From NCBI GenBank assembly GCA_049510745.1, contig JBEKYR010000015.1, positions 1 through 64,000 of the forward strand: a DNA stretch of 64,000 nucleotides. The letters are read 5' to 3'. The notes below the pieces were generated by a model, which ran no database searches, had not been told where the DNA came from, and saw only the letters and a program-made list of their open reading frames with translations. The DNA is from Verrucomicrobiota bacterium (GTDB lineage Bacteria > Verrucomicrobiota > Verrucomicrobiia > Limisphaerales > Palsa-1400). Made by a program: the position numbers and the translations under genes. Shown here one piece after another: positions 46,035-55,754 of this stretch (positions within the stretch are counted from its first letter, which is position 1; the number at the start of each line of letters is the position of its first letter).

Positions 46035-46805
46035 TCATCGGCCCTCCGGGTGAACCACGCTCTCCTTCCATTCCACCACGGCGGTGCGCATTTGTTCCGC
46101 GAAATGCCAGTTTTTTTTGACATGCCTGGGAATGGAACTCGGCGACGTGCCCAGCAAATCCGTCGTCACCAGGATTTCCCCGTCGCACCCCGGCCCGGAA
46201 CCGATGCCGATGGTCGGGACGGAAACGGCGGCGGTCATTTCCCGCGCGACAGGGGCGGTGACCAATTCCAGCACGATGCCAAACGCCCCGGCGTCCGCCA
46301 CCGCAATCGCATCCGCGAGCAACGCCTGCCGTTCCGGCTCGGTTTTGCCTTTGACATGGTAGCCGCCCTCGGCCACCACGTTTTGGGGGAGCATTCCCAG
46401 ATGACCCAGCAGCGGGATGCCGTCGGCCAGAATCGCCTGGATTTGCGGCAGCATGCCGCGGCCGCCTTCGATCTTGACCGCTTCGGCCCCTGCCGCGGCC
46501 AGCCGGCGGGCGTTCTCCACCGCGCTGGCGGGAGTGGCGCAACTGCCAAAGGGCAGGTCGGCGGCCAGCAGCGCTTCGGGCCGGGCGCGCGCCACCGCCC
46601 GCACGTGATGTTCCATGTCGGCCATGGTCACGTGCGTCGTGTCCGGGTAGCCGAGCACGACCATGCCCACCGAATCGCCCACCAGCAGCAACGGGATGCC
46701 GGTCCCTTCGAACATCCGGGCCATGGCAAAATCATAAACCGTCAGGGCCGCCAGGCGCTGGCGGCCTTTGAGCGCGCGAATCTGTCTGATCTTGTCGGAA
46801 TTCAT
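46035..46805 (-). CDS. panB: 3-methyl-2-oxobutanoate hydroxymethyltransferase
   Basis: LVGDS.GM, AVKIEGG, PTIGIGSG..CDG. Confidence 0.96.
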   Translation of the reverse strand: MNSDKIRQIRALKGRQRLAALTVYDFAMARMFEGTGIPLLLVGDSVGMVVLGYPDTTHVTMADMEHHVRAVARARPEALLAADLPFGSCATPASAVENARRLAAAGAEAVKIEGGRGMLPQIQAILADGIPLLGHLGMLPQNVVAEGGYHVKGKTEPERQALLADAIAVADAGAFGIVLELVTAPVAREMTAAVSVPTIGIGSGPGCDGEILVTTDLLGTSPSSIPRHVKKNWHFAEQMRTAVVEWKESVVHPEGR

Positions 46806-46812
46806 CACAGCG

Positions 46813-47850
46813 TCAGTCGCGGCGAAAGCTCCCCACCAATTCATCGGGCGTCACCGTCGCGGTGCCCAGCTTGCCGACGACGATCCCGGCCGCGTGATTG
46901 GAGAGAATGGCCGCCTCCAGGGGCGACGCTCCGGCCGCAATGGCCAGCGTGAAGGTGGCGATCACCGTATCACCCGCGCCGGAAACATCGAACACCTCGC
47001 GGGCCTCCGTCGGGATCAAGAGCGGACGCTGTCCGCGCTGGCAGAGCAGCATCCCGTGTTCGCCCAGGGTGATGAGGAGCAGGGCGGGCTGCAAATCGTC
47101 CAGCAATTTTTCCGCCACCCGCAACAGCGCGTCATCCTGCTCCGGCGCCGTGCCCAGCGCGGTGTCCAGGACGCCGGCCATTTCAAAGGCCTCCTTGCGG
47201 TTGGGGGTCAGCAGGGAAACGCGGGACAAATCCAGGCGATGGGCCGGTTTTGGGTCCACACTCAACCAGACGCCACGCTGCCGGCAGAGCGTTCGGGCTC
47301 CGTTGAGCAGGGTCTGGGTCATCACTCCCTTGGCGTAATCCCCCAGAATGACGGCGTCGCCCGCTTTGAGGCCGCGCTCCAATGCGGCCAGCAACCGCCG
47401 GGTCGTGGACTCATCGACGTAAAGGCGCGTTTCACGATCGACCCGCACGACTTGCTGGCGATGGGCGATGATGCGCGTTTTGATGCTGGTGACCCGTTCC
47501 GGGCACGGCAACAACCCCGCGCAGCCTATGCCGTCGCGCTGGAGAATCCGCCGCAATTGCGCCGCTGTCTCGTCCTCGCCCACCGCGCCGAGCAAATCGG
47601 TGGCGACGCCCAAGTGGGCCAGGGTCCGCGCCACGTTGCCCGCGCCCCCGGCCATGAAGCTCTCCCGCTCGAACTCGACCACCGGCACCGGCGCTTCCGG
47701 CGAAATGCGCCCGACTCTCCCCCAGACAAACTGGTCCAGCATCACGTCGCCCAGCACCAGGATGCGCGCCCGGCGCGCCACGGCCAGCAATCGGCGCACC
47801 CGCGCCAGGCCCGGTCCGGGCGACTTTAAAATTTGTGCTTTCATGTTCAA
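46813..47850 (-). CDS. rfaE1: D-glycero-beta-D-manno-heptose-7-phosphate kinase (RfaE domain I)
   Basis: GDVMLD, RISPEAPVPV, DVSGAGDT. Confidence 0.93.
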   Translation of the reverse strand: MNMKAQILKSPGPGLARVRRLLAVARRARILVLGDVMLDQFVWGRVGRISPEAPVPVVEFERESFMAGGAGNVARTLAHLGVATDLLGAVGEDETAAQLRRILQRDGIGCAGLLPCPERVTSIKTRIIAHRQQVVRVDRETRLYVDESTTRRLLAALERGLKAGDAVILGDYAKGVMTQTLLNGARTLCRQRGVWLSVDPKPAHRLDLSRVSLLTPNRKEAFEMAGVLDTALGTAPEQDDALLRVAEKLLDDLQPALLLITLGEHGMLLCQRGQRPLLIPTEAREVFDVSGAGDTVIATFTLAIAAGASPLEAAILSNHAAGIVVGKLGTATVTPDELVGSFRRD

Positions 47851-47868
47851 ATCAGTCAGCGATGCTCA

Positions 47869-48654
47869 TCAATCCAGGAACGCCGTCAGCGGGCTGGTCG
47901 CGCTCGCCGTCGATCCCGCCGCAGCCAGTCCGACCTCGTAAGCGTCGCGTCCGCATTGCACCGCCGCCGCAAACGCCCGCGCCATCCGGCAAGGGTCCTC
48001 GGAGACGGCGATGGCCGTGTTGACCAGGACGGCGTCGGCCCCCATTTCCATCGCTTCCGCGGCGTGGCTGGGCCGGCCAAGGCCGGCATCGACCACCACT
48101 GGAACGGTGGCTTGATCGATGATGATGCGAATCTGGTCGCGGGTTTCCAAGCCGCGATTGGAGCCAATCGGCGAGCCGAGCGGCATGACCGTCGCCGTGC
48201 CGGCGTCCTGCAACCGCTTGGCCAGGACCGGGTCGGCGTTGATGTACGGCAGGACGACAAAGCCTTCGCGCACCAGAATTTCCGCGGCGGCCAGAGTCTC
48301 AATCGGATCGGGCAGCAGATAGCGCGGGTCGGGGTGAATTTCCAATTTGATCCATTTGGGCAATCCGGCGGCGGCGGCCAGGCGGGCCAGGCGGACGGCT
48401 TCGGCGGCGTTGCTGGCGCCGCTGGTATTGGGCAAAACCAGGTAGCGTTTCGGGTCGATGAATTCGAGGATATTGGCGAACGGATCGCGGCGTCCGCTCA
48501 AGTCGGCCCGGCGCAGGGCGACGGTCACGATCTCCGTGCCGCTGGCGGCCAGCGCGTCGCGCATCAATTCCGGCGACGAGAATTTCCCCGTGCCGACCAG
48601 CAGCCGGGAGCCAAACTCTTTGCCGGCGATTTGAAATGTCGTCGTCTCGTTCAA
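47869..48654 (-). CDS. thiG: Thiazole synthase
   Basis: [32 protein letters not shown]. Confidence 0.97.
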   Translation of the reverse strand: MNETTTFQIAGKEFGSRLLVGTGKFSSPELMRDALAASGTEIVTVALRRADLSGRRDPFANILEFIDPKRYLVLPNTSGASNAAEAVRLARLAAAAGLPKWIKLEIHPDPRYLLPDPIETLAAAEILVREGFVVLPYINADPVLAKRLQDAGTATVMPLGSPIGSNRGLETRDQIRIIIDQATVPVVVDAGLGRPSHAAEAMEMGADAVLVNTAIAVSEDPCRMARAFAAAVQCGRDAYEVGLAAAGSTASATSPLTAFLD

Positions 48655-48878
48655 CGTTCAAAACGCCAAGGATGGGGTGACGGCCTGCAAGTTTAAAGTT
48701 TAAAAGTTTGGCAAACGTCTTGCACAGCCAGTAAATGCGGCTGGATGGTTCTGCTTCCAAAGGGGAAAAACTTAGAATTGCTTGCACGAGAAATAACTGT
48801 CATTAATTACGTTTATTAGCGTTTGTAATTACATGGCACGATCTTGCGTTATCGATATACTTCCGTTTTAATTGCGCC

Positions 48879-49265
48879 ATGATCGATGCCGTAGGCAAGC
48901 GTCCCCGAACCAAAAGGCCAGCGCTAAATCGCGCTGAAATCTTGCAGCAAGTGAAAACGCCGCTCGGTTTTTATGTGCTGACGCTGTTGATTGTTGAAGG
49001 AACGCTTTCAATCGTTCTCACCTGTTCAAAACTTACCGAAGAACACATTTGGGGCGGGTTCTTGTGGATGATCGGCGTGTTTATTGGCCTCGTCGTTTTG
49101 GTGTCTCTGTTTGTCTGGCTGAAGCCCGAAGGCTTGCTGTTCGAGAAAGATCAGTATTTGCCATCGGAAATCGATCCGTCGGCCTTGCGAGATCAGATTG
49201 AAGATTTGATCTACAAAAACGTAAAACCTGAAAGCTTGCAAAATTCCGGAAACCGAGGAAAATAA
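48879..49265 (+). CDS. Hypothetical 2-TM membrane protein
   Basis: Two hydrophobic helices; AT-richer than flanks. Confidence 0.65.
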   Translation: MIDAVGKRPRTKRPALNRAEILQQVKTPLGFYVLTLLIVEGTLSIVLTCSKLTEEHIWGGFLWMIGVFIGLVVLVSLFVWLKPEGLLFEKDQYLPSEIDPSALRDQIEDLIYKNVKPESLQNSGNRGK

Positions 49266-49269
49266 GGAC

Positions 49270-49503
49270 ATGCGTTGGCAAGAAACAGTCACCGACCCTG
49301 ACGAAATCAAGGTGTTCACGGCTTTGGACGGTCCTGAAGACACGTGGCGCACGATGAGCGGGATCGCTCGCCAGACGGGATTGAGCGAAGCGCGGGTGGT
49401 TAAAATCCTTGATAAATACAATCTCATGCTCACTCGATTATCTGAAAAACCTTCTGTTTCGGGGTCGGCCCTTGTCGGTTTGATTGAAAAAGTGGGGACG
49501 TAA
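49270..49503 (+). CDS. Small winged-helix-like protein
   Basis: WRTMSGIARQTGLSEARV; RBS-like TAAGGA. Confidence 0.6.
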   Translation: MRWQETVTDPDEIKVFTALDGPEDTWRTMSGIARQTGLSEARVVKILDKYNLMLTRLSEKPSVSGSALVGLIEKVGT

Positions 49504-49793
49504 TCGCGCGCGTCGTTGAGACGCCCCTTTTTTCTTTTCCCCTGTGGGAAAACGAACCGCTGTCGATCACTGGTTTCCTTCGTTTATTTTGGGCATCGCG
49601 AGTACGGCAAGCCGGGGTGAAGGGCTTGAATGTCCTCGATGAGTTCCAGACCATTGTGAGCCAACCCTGACGGCACGCCTCCCCCCGTCGCACCGGGACA
49701 TTCTTGCCTGCTGGCCGCGGGCGGGCTGGCAATTATTTCCAGTTTTTTGACCTTCCCGGCCCAAAACCCGTCGGTTTGGCCCTTTTTGCCGAC

Positions 49794-49809
49794 TGGCACA
49801 TCGACTGCT
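49794..49809 (+). promoter_or_regulatory. sigma54 (-24/-12) promoter of the flagellar operon
   Basis: TGGCACATCGACTGCT with GG-N10-GC spacing, 22 bp before the flgB ATG. Confidence 0.75.
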
Positions 49810-49831
49810 AATGGGTGGAGATCTTGTAACG

Positions 49832-50212
49832 ATGATCGACGCGTTATTTACAAATTCGGAATACGTGGCCGCCAAGAAAATGCTGGATGTCTCGCTGCTG
49901 CGCCACCAAGCCATTGCCAGCAACTTGGCCAACATCGAAACGCCCAATTACAAGCGTCTGGATGTCTCCCCCTCCTTCGAAGCGCAATTGTCCCAGGCCG
50001 TCGCCAGCCAGAATCCCGAAGCCATCGCCAGCCTCCAGCCGCGATTGGCGGTCGATACGACGGCCATCTCCGGACGGGCTGACGGGAACACGGTCCTGTT
50101 GGAAACAGAGATGGTCAAACTCAACCAAAACACCCTGGAAAACAGCGTGGAAACCCAATTGATCAGCACTTCCCTGGCCCGGCTGCGCATGGCCGTGACC
50201 GGCAAAAGCTGA
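49832..50212 (+). CDS. flgB: Flagellar basal-body rod protein
   Basis: IASNLANIETPNYK, DGNTV..E.EM. Confidence 0.93.
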   Translation: MIDALFTNSEYVAAKKMLDVSLLRHQAIASNLANIETPNYKRLDVSPSFEAQLSQAVASQNPEAIASLQPRLAVDTTAISGRADGNTVLLETEMVKLNQNTLENSVETQLISTSLARLRMAVTGKS

Positions 50213-50221
50213 TTTACTTTT

Positions 50222-50656
50222 ATGATCAGTCTCCTCACCGGCATTGAAAGCACCGCCTCCGCGTTGGACGCCGAGCGCATCCGCATGGATGTCATCTCGC
50301 AAAACATCGCCAACGCCAACACCACCAAGGGCGCGGACGGCAAACCTTATCAGCGGCAGGAAGTTGTTTTTGAAACGGTCCTGCGCGCCCAACAGGATTC
50401 CAACGGCGCGACTTCCGGCCCGCAATCCGTCCAAATCGCCCGCATCCAAAAGGATTCCCGCCCGCCGCGCCTGGTCTATAACCCCGGCCACCCCGACGCC
50501 GATTCCAACGGGATGGTCGCCATGCCGGACATCAATATCCACCGGGAGATGGTCGATATGATTGCTTCCTCGCGCTCCTACGAAGCCAACCTGGCCGTGG
50601 TCAAGAACGCCCGGGCCATGGCCCTGCAGGCGCTTTCCATCGCCAAACATTCCTAA
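50222..50656 (+). CDS. flgC: Flagellar basal-body rod protein
   Basis: NIANANTT, PGHPDAD, SRSYEAN. Confidence 0.96.
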   Translation: MISLLTGIESTASALDAERIRMDVISQNIANANTTKGADGKPYQRQEVVFETVLRAQQDSNGATSGPQSVQIARIQKDSRPPRLVYNPGHPDADSNGMVAMPDINIHREMVDMIASSRSYEANLAVVKNARAMALQALSIAKHS

Positions 50657-50671
50657 GCCGCCGACCGCTGA

Positions 50672-51061
50672 ATGGACGCCCTTTCCGCATTAAAAATGAT
50701 GGTCGGCCCCCAGACGGGAGCCGGCCTGCCCAATTCCGTCCAGGAGCTGGCCGCCTCCGCCACCAAGTCCATTCCCGCGGCCGAGTTGCAGAAGCTTTCC
50801 TCGGACATCCCCCTCCCAACGGTCGCGCCGGGCCAATCCACCGGCGGTTTTGAAAGCCTGCTGGGCAATTTTGTCAGCGACGTGGCGCAAAAGCAGGCGG
50901 CCGCGACCGATGCCGTCACCGGATTGCTCAGCGGAAAAAATGTTTCGTTGCACCAGGCCATGATCTCGATGGAGGAAGCCAACGTGTCCTTCCAGATGAT
51001 GGTCGAGGTGCGCAACAAACTGCTCGATTCGTACCAGGAATTGATGCGGATGCAAGTTTGA
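50672..51061 (+). CDS. fliE: Flagellar hook-basal body protein
   Basis: VEVRNKLLDSYQELMRMQV. Confidence 0.95.
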   Translation: MDALSALKMMVGPQTGAGLPNSVQELAASATKSIPAAELQKLSSDIPLPTVAPGQSTGGFESLLGNFVSDVAQKQAAATDAVTGLLSGKNVSLHQAMISMEEANVSFQMMVEVRNKLLDSYQELMRMQV

Positions 51062-51070
51062 TAAAATTTC

Positions 51071-52657
51071 ATGAACAAAAACCTCACGCAGTTGGGCCAG
51101 CAACTACTCGGCATCTGGAAACAGCTTGGGCTGAACCAGCGCGTCAGCATCATCATGGCCACCGCGGTGGTGTGCGCCGGCTTGGGCACGATGGCCTTCT
51201 GGTCCAGCCGCCCGGATTTCTCCCTGCTCTACGGCAAACTGGAGGAAGGCGAAGCCTCCAAGGTCATCGCCGCCCTGGGCGAAACCAAAGTCCCCTATCA
51301 AATCCGCGGCGCCGGCTCCATCTACGTTCCCGCCGATAAAGTGTACCAGGTGCGCATGCAAATGGCGGGCAAGGGCATTCCGCGCGGGGACGGCGTCGGC
51401 TTCGAGATTTTTGACAAGGCCAATTTCGGCATCTCCGATTTCGTGCAGCGGGCCAATTACACCCGCGCCGTACAGGGCGAACTGGCCCGCACCATCAGCC
51501 AGCTCGACCAGGTCGAAAACGCCCGCGTCATGATTGTCATGCCCGAGAACCGCCTTTTGGTGGACAGTTCCCGCAAACCCACCGCCTCGGTTTTCGTCCG
51601 CGTCAAGGGCATGGGCCAACTGCCGCCGGCGGCGGTCAACTCGATCCGTTTCCTGGTCGCCAACAGCGTCGAGGGCCTCCAAGTCAACAATGTTTCCGTC
51701 GTCGATAACCAGGGCAACGTCCTGTCGGAAAACGAGGAAAGCGACTCCATCGCCGGGCTGTCCAACAACCAGCTCGCCGCCCGGCGCAATGTCGAGCAAT
51801 ACCTGGCCAAAAAGGCCCAGGGCATGCTGGAGCAGGTTCTCGGTTCCGGCCAGGCGGTGGTGCGCGTTTCCGCCGAGCTGAATTGGGACACCATTACCCG
51901 CACCGAGGAGAAATTCGACCCGGACGGCCAGGTCGTGCGCACCAGCGTCATCAATGACGACAACACCGATACCACCACCTCCTCCGGCGGCGGCCCGCCC
52001 GGCGTGGCGGCCAACGGGTCGGACACCAATTCCTCCTCCGGCACGCCAGTCAACAAAAGCCATACCCAGAAGAAAGTCACCAACAACAATTACGAAATCA
52101 ACAAGATCACCAGCAACGTGGTGCAGGCGGCGGGCGGAATCAAACGCCTCTCCACCGCCGTTTTCGTGGCCCAGCGCTTCGAGGGCAAGGGCGCCGACCG
52201 CAAAGCCGTGCCCCGTTCGGCGGACGAACTGGACAAACTGCGCCACATCGTCCAAGCCGCCCTCGGCATCCAGGCCAACGGCGACGCGAACCGGACCGAT
52301 GAAATGACGCTGGAGGAAATGCCGTTCAACGACCAGCCGGTGGCCGAAATGGCCCAGGAACTGGTCCAACAGGAAAAACGGCAATTCTGGACGGACCTGG
52401 CCCAGAAACTGATTTACCCGGCGCTGGCCGCCGGGGTGCTCTTCCTGTTCTGGCGTTTGTGGCAGAAGACCGCCGAGGATGAAATCCCCATCACTTTGCC
52501 GATGGTCCACGGCAACGGTCATGGCCGCTCCAAAAACGGCTCCAATGGCTCCGGCGTCGTCACGGTGGATGTCCTCAATCAATTGATCCGCGAAAACCCC
52601 GCCAACGTCACCCAGGCCGTGCGCAGTTGGCTGGCCCGCGGCAAACCCGAAACCTGA
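51071..52657 (+). CDS. fliF: MS-ring protein
   Basis: GFEIFD, RAVQGELARTI, PTASV; two TM segments. Confidence 0.95.
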   Translation: MNKNLTQLGQQLLGIWKQLGLNQRVSIIMATAVVCAGLGTMAFWSSRPDFSLLYGKLEEGEASKVIAALGETKVPYQIRGAGSIYVPADKVYQVRMQMAGKGIPRGDGVGFEIFDKANFGISDFVQRANYTRAVQGELARTISQLDQVENARVMIVMPENRLLVDSSRKPTASVFVRVKGMGQLPPAAVNSIRFLVANSVEGLQVNNVSVVDNQGNVLSENEESDSIAGLSNNQLAARRNVEQYLAKKAQGMLEQVLGSGQAVVRVSAELNWDTITRTEEKFDPDGQVVRTSVINDDNTDTTTSSGGGPPGVAANGSDTNSSSGTPVNKSHTQKKVTNNNYEINKITSNVVQAAGGIKRLSTAVFVAQRFEGKGADRKAVPRSADELDKLRHIVQAALGIQANGDANRTDEMTLEEMPFNDQPVAEMAQELVQQEKRQFWTDLAQKLIYPALAAGVLFLFWRLWQKTAEDEIPITLPMVHGNGHGRSKNGSNGSGVVTVDVLNQLIRENPANVTQAVRSWLARGKPET

Positions 52658-52663
52658 TCCTTT

Positions 52664-52750
52664 ATGTTCTCCATTGTTGACAGCGCGCGCCGCCTGGAAG
52701 GCAATGGCGAACGGGAATTTCACGGCGCCGCCGGCGCCGCCCTCGCATGA
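52664..52750 (+). pseudogene. fliG: 28-codon FliG C-terminal remnant
   Basis: MFSIVDSARRLEGNGEREF... matches the last FliG helix (I+..+RRLE..GE); occupies the fliG slot; ATGA overlap with fliH. Confidence 0.65.
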
Positions 52751-53340
52751 ACCCTTGGTCGGACACGCTCCCCATGCCCAAGCCGCTGCGCGGGGTCCTC
52801 CTCCTGAACCCCGCGGACAAAGAAGCCGCGGCCGCGCGGGCGGCCATGGAAGAAGAACTGCGCGCCAGTTACCAGCGCGGGCGCGACGACGCGGAACGAG
52901 CGATGGGCCAGCAACTCCTCCAGCAGCGGGCCGAGGTCCACGAACTGATGCGCGGCGTGCTGGAGTCGCTGCGCAATTGCGTCCCGCAGATTCTACACGA
53001 CAGCGAGAACATGCTCATTGCCCTGGCCCTGTCTGCCGCGCAAAAGCTGGTGGCCGACACGCCCATCTCGGCCGCCATGGTGGAAGCGGTCGTGCGCGAC
53101 GCCCTGGCGCAGGTCGAGGGCACCGCGCAGTTCACCGTGCGTCTGCACCCGGCGGACCTGGAATTGCTGCAAAAATCCGCCTCCCCTCTGCTGGCTTCGG
53201 GCGACGGGGCCAAGGAATTCCGCTTTCTCTCCTCGCCGGAAGTGACCCGCGGCGGATGCCTGGTGCAGACCCACTTCGGCACCGTGGACGCGCGCCGCGA
53301 AACAAAATTTGATCTCCTGCAAAGAACCCTGCTCGTCTGA
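52747..53340 (+). CDS. fliH: Flagellar export protein FliH
   Basis: VRLHPADL, GGCLVQTHFGTVDAR; position before fliI. Confidence 0.9.
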   Translation: MNPWSDTLPMPKPLRGVLLLNPADKEAAAARAAMEEELRASYQRGRDDAERAMGQQLLQQRAEVHELMRGVLESLRNCVPQILHDSENMLIALALSAAQKLVADTPISAAMVEAVVRDALAQVEGTAQFTVRLHPADLELLQKSASPLLASGDGAKEFRFLSSPEVTRGGCLVQTHFGTVDARRETKFDLLQRTLLV

Positions 53341-54710
53341 TGAACCGACACGCCATCTGCACATCCAACCGCCTGGAAGGCCTGCTGCGCCGCGTGCAGG
53401 AAACCGAGGTCATCCGCAATCATGGCCGCGTCGTCCAGTTGATCGGGCTGGTGATCGAATCGGAAGGACCGCTGGCCGCCGTTGGCGAAATCTGCCGCAT
53501 CGAATCGGCCGGCCAGGATGGTTCGACGCTGGCCGAGGTGGTTGGTTTTCGCAATAATCACGTCCTGCTCATGCCGTTGGGCGAACTTCACGGCATCCAT
53601 CCCGGCGCCGAGGTCATCGCTCTGGGCACCACCCTGCGCGTTCCGGTGGGTGATTCGCTCAAAGGGCGCGTTATCGATGGCTTGGGCCGTCCGCTGGACG
53701 ACTTGGGACCCATCCAGGCCAGCGACGACGTCAGTTTGACCCTGCAACCGCCCCATCCCCTCAAGCGCCAACGTATTCAACATTGCTTTCGCACCGGGAT
53801 CAAAGCCATCGACACCTTTGTGCCTTGCGGACGGGGCCAGCGCCTGGGGATTTTCGCGGGCAGCGGCGTCGGCAAATCGACCCTGCTGGGAATGATCGCC
53901 AGCCAGGCCGAGGCCGATGTCAACGTCATCGCCTTGATCGGCGAACGGGGACGTGAAGTGCGGGAGTTTTTGGAAAAGGATTTGGATGAGAACGGCCGCC
54001 GCAAATCCGTCGTCGTGGTGGCCACTTCCAACCAGCCCGCCATTGCCCGCCTCAAGGGCGCCTTCGTCGCCATGGCGGTGGCCGAATACTTCCGTGACAA
54101 GGGACAGAATGTCCTGTTGATGATGGATTCGGTCACCCGCTTTGCCACCGCCCAACGCGAGATTGGCCTGGCCGTCGGCGAACCTCCCGCCACCCGCGGC
54201 TATACGCCGTCCGTTTTCTCCCTGCTGCCCCAATTGCTGGAGCGCGCCGGCACCGGCCCTTCCGGTTCCATCACCGGCCTTTTCACCGTGCTGGTGGAAG
54301 CCGACGACATGAACGACCCGATTGCCGACGCGGTGCGCTCGATCTTGGACGGCCACGTTGTTCTCACCCGCGAGTTGGCGACCCAGAACCATTATCCGGC
54401 CATCGATGTGCTCGAAAGCGTCAGCCGGTTGACCCGCGACCTGACCACAGTCGGGCAACAGAAGCTCACGGCGGACGCCCGCGAAACTCTGGCAACCTAT
54501 CGCAAGAACCAGGATTTGATCAACATCGGCGCCTATCCGGCGGGGACCAATCCGGCCATTGATCTGAGCATCCATCTGCACGAGCCGATGAAGAGCTTTC
54601 TGCGCCAGCCGATCGACCAGGGTTCGTTGACAGAGCAAAGCTGGTCCCTGCTGGCCCAAACCATGGCCACGCCCATGCCGGCCAAACCCACCCCCGCTAA
54701 ACGCGCATGA
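53340..54710 (+). CDS. fliI: Flagellar export ATPase
   Basis: FAGSGVGKST, GERGREV, MDSVTRFA. Confidence 0.97.
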   Translation: MNRHAICTSNRLEGLLRRVQETEVIRNHGRVVQLIGLVIESEGPLAAVGEICRIESAGQDGSTLAEVVGFRNNHVLLMPLGELHGIHPGAEVIALGTTLRVPVGDSLKGRVIDGLGRPLDDLGPIQASDDVSLTLQPPHPLKRQRIQHCFRTGIKAIDTFVPCGRGQRLGIFAGSGVGKSTLLGMIASQAEADVNVIALIGERGREVREFLEKDLDENGRRKSVVVVATSNQPAIARLKGAFVAMAVAEYFRDKGQNVLLMMDSVTRFATAQREIGLAVGEPPATRGYTPSVFSLLPQLLERAGTGPSGSITGLFTVLVEADDMNDPIADAVRSILDGHVVLTRELATQNHYPAIDVLESVSRLTRDLTTVGQQKLTADARETLATYRKNQDLINIGAYPAGTNPAIDLSIHLHEPMKSFLRQPIDQGSLTEQSWSLLAQTMATPMPAKPTPAKRA

Positions 54711-55177
54711 AAGCCTTTCGATTCACCTTGGAGGCGGTTCGAACCGTGCGTCAGCGGCAGGAAAACGACGCCCTGGAACTCTATGCCCGCGCCTTGCTCG
54801 CCCGCCAGCAGGTCCTCGATGCGCTGGAAGCGGTGGACGGGCGCATCAACGACGACTGGTCGCACATCCGCCAATTGCTGGCCAACGGTTGCAGCGCCGC
54901 CCAGGCGGCCCAGGCTCACCGGTTCCACCGGTCCTTGGAAAAAGAGCGCGACGACTGCGTGGCCGCCCTCGGTCAGGCCGAGCGACGGGTCCAGTCCGCC
55001 TCGCAGGCGATGCTCGCCGCCCGCCAGCAGCGCGAGATTGTCGAAACCTATCGGGAAAAACAACACCTCCGCCATCAGCGACTGGAAGCGCGCGAGGAAC
55101 AGAAGCTTCTCGACGAGTTCGCCGTCCGCCGCGTGACCGCCATCCACGCCGGCCAACCCCAATCTTCACATGACTAA
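54707..55177 (+). CDS. fliJ: Flagellar export protein FliJ
   Basis: FRFTLEAV...EQKLLDE; coiled coil; after fliI. Confidence 0.88.
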   Translation: MKAFRFTLEAVRTVRQRQENDALELYARALLARQQVLDALEAVDGRINDDWSHIRQLLANGCSAAQAAQAHRFHRSLEKERDDCVAALGQAERRVQSASQAMLAARQQREIVETYREKQHLRHQRLEAREEQKLLDEFAVRRVTAIHAGQPQSSHD

Positions 55178-55754
55178 ATTACTTGAAAACACCTGGATCA
55201 GCGCCCCCGTGGGCGTCGTGGTTTATCTCCTCTGCACGGTTCTCTTCTGGGAAACGCCCACCGTGCCGCTGTCGGACAGGCTGGGAAACGCCCTCCGTTT
55301 CACCGGGCCGGCCTGGAATTTCAAAAATCCCGAAGCCGATCAACTCATCGCCGAGCTGAAGATCGAGAGGAAATCCGTGGCGCTGCGCGAGCAACAACTC
55401 GATGAACTGGCCGCCCGCTTGCAGAGTGAACGCGCCGAACTGGGCCAGGTCACCCAGTCGGTCCGCCAACTTCAGAGCGATTTCGACAAATCCGTCCTCC
55501 GCGTCAAAGAGGAGGAAGTGGCCAACTTGAAAAAACTGGCCAAGGTCTATGGCGACATGTCCCCCGAAACCGCCGCCACGGTCTTGTCCGAAATGGATAA
55601 TGGGTCCATCGTGCGGATTCTCCTCTTTCTCAAAGACAATGAAACGGCCGCCATCCTCGAGGCGCTGGCCAAGAAAGGACAGGCCGAAGCGCGCCGCACC
55701 GCCGAGCTTTCCGAGCAGGTTCGCCTTTCCACCCACAGCACCACAACCAAATGA
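55170..55754 (+). CDS. MotE/FlbB-like (MgtE_N-like) flagellar protein
   Basis: TM + coiled coil + KKLAKVYGDMSPETAA. Confidence 0.75.
   Translation: MTKLLENTWISAPVGVVVYLLCTVLFWETPTVPLSDRLGNALRFTGPAWNFKNPEADQLIAELKIERKSVALREQQLDELAARLQSERAELGQVTQSVRQLQSDFDKSVLRVKEEEVANLKKLAKVYGDMSPETAATVLSEMDNGSIVRILLFLKDNETAAILEALAKKGQAEARRTAELSEQVRLSTHSTTTK

Noticed and set aside
48655..48800. TPP riboswitch upstream of thiG
   Set aside because: Conserved TPP aptamer motifs not recognised
48834..48847. sigma54 promoter TGGCACGATCTTGC
   Set aside because: GG-GC spacing is 9 rather than the required 10 nt
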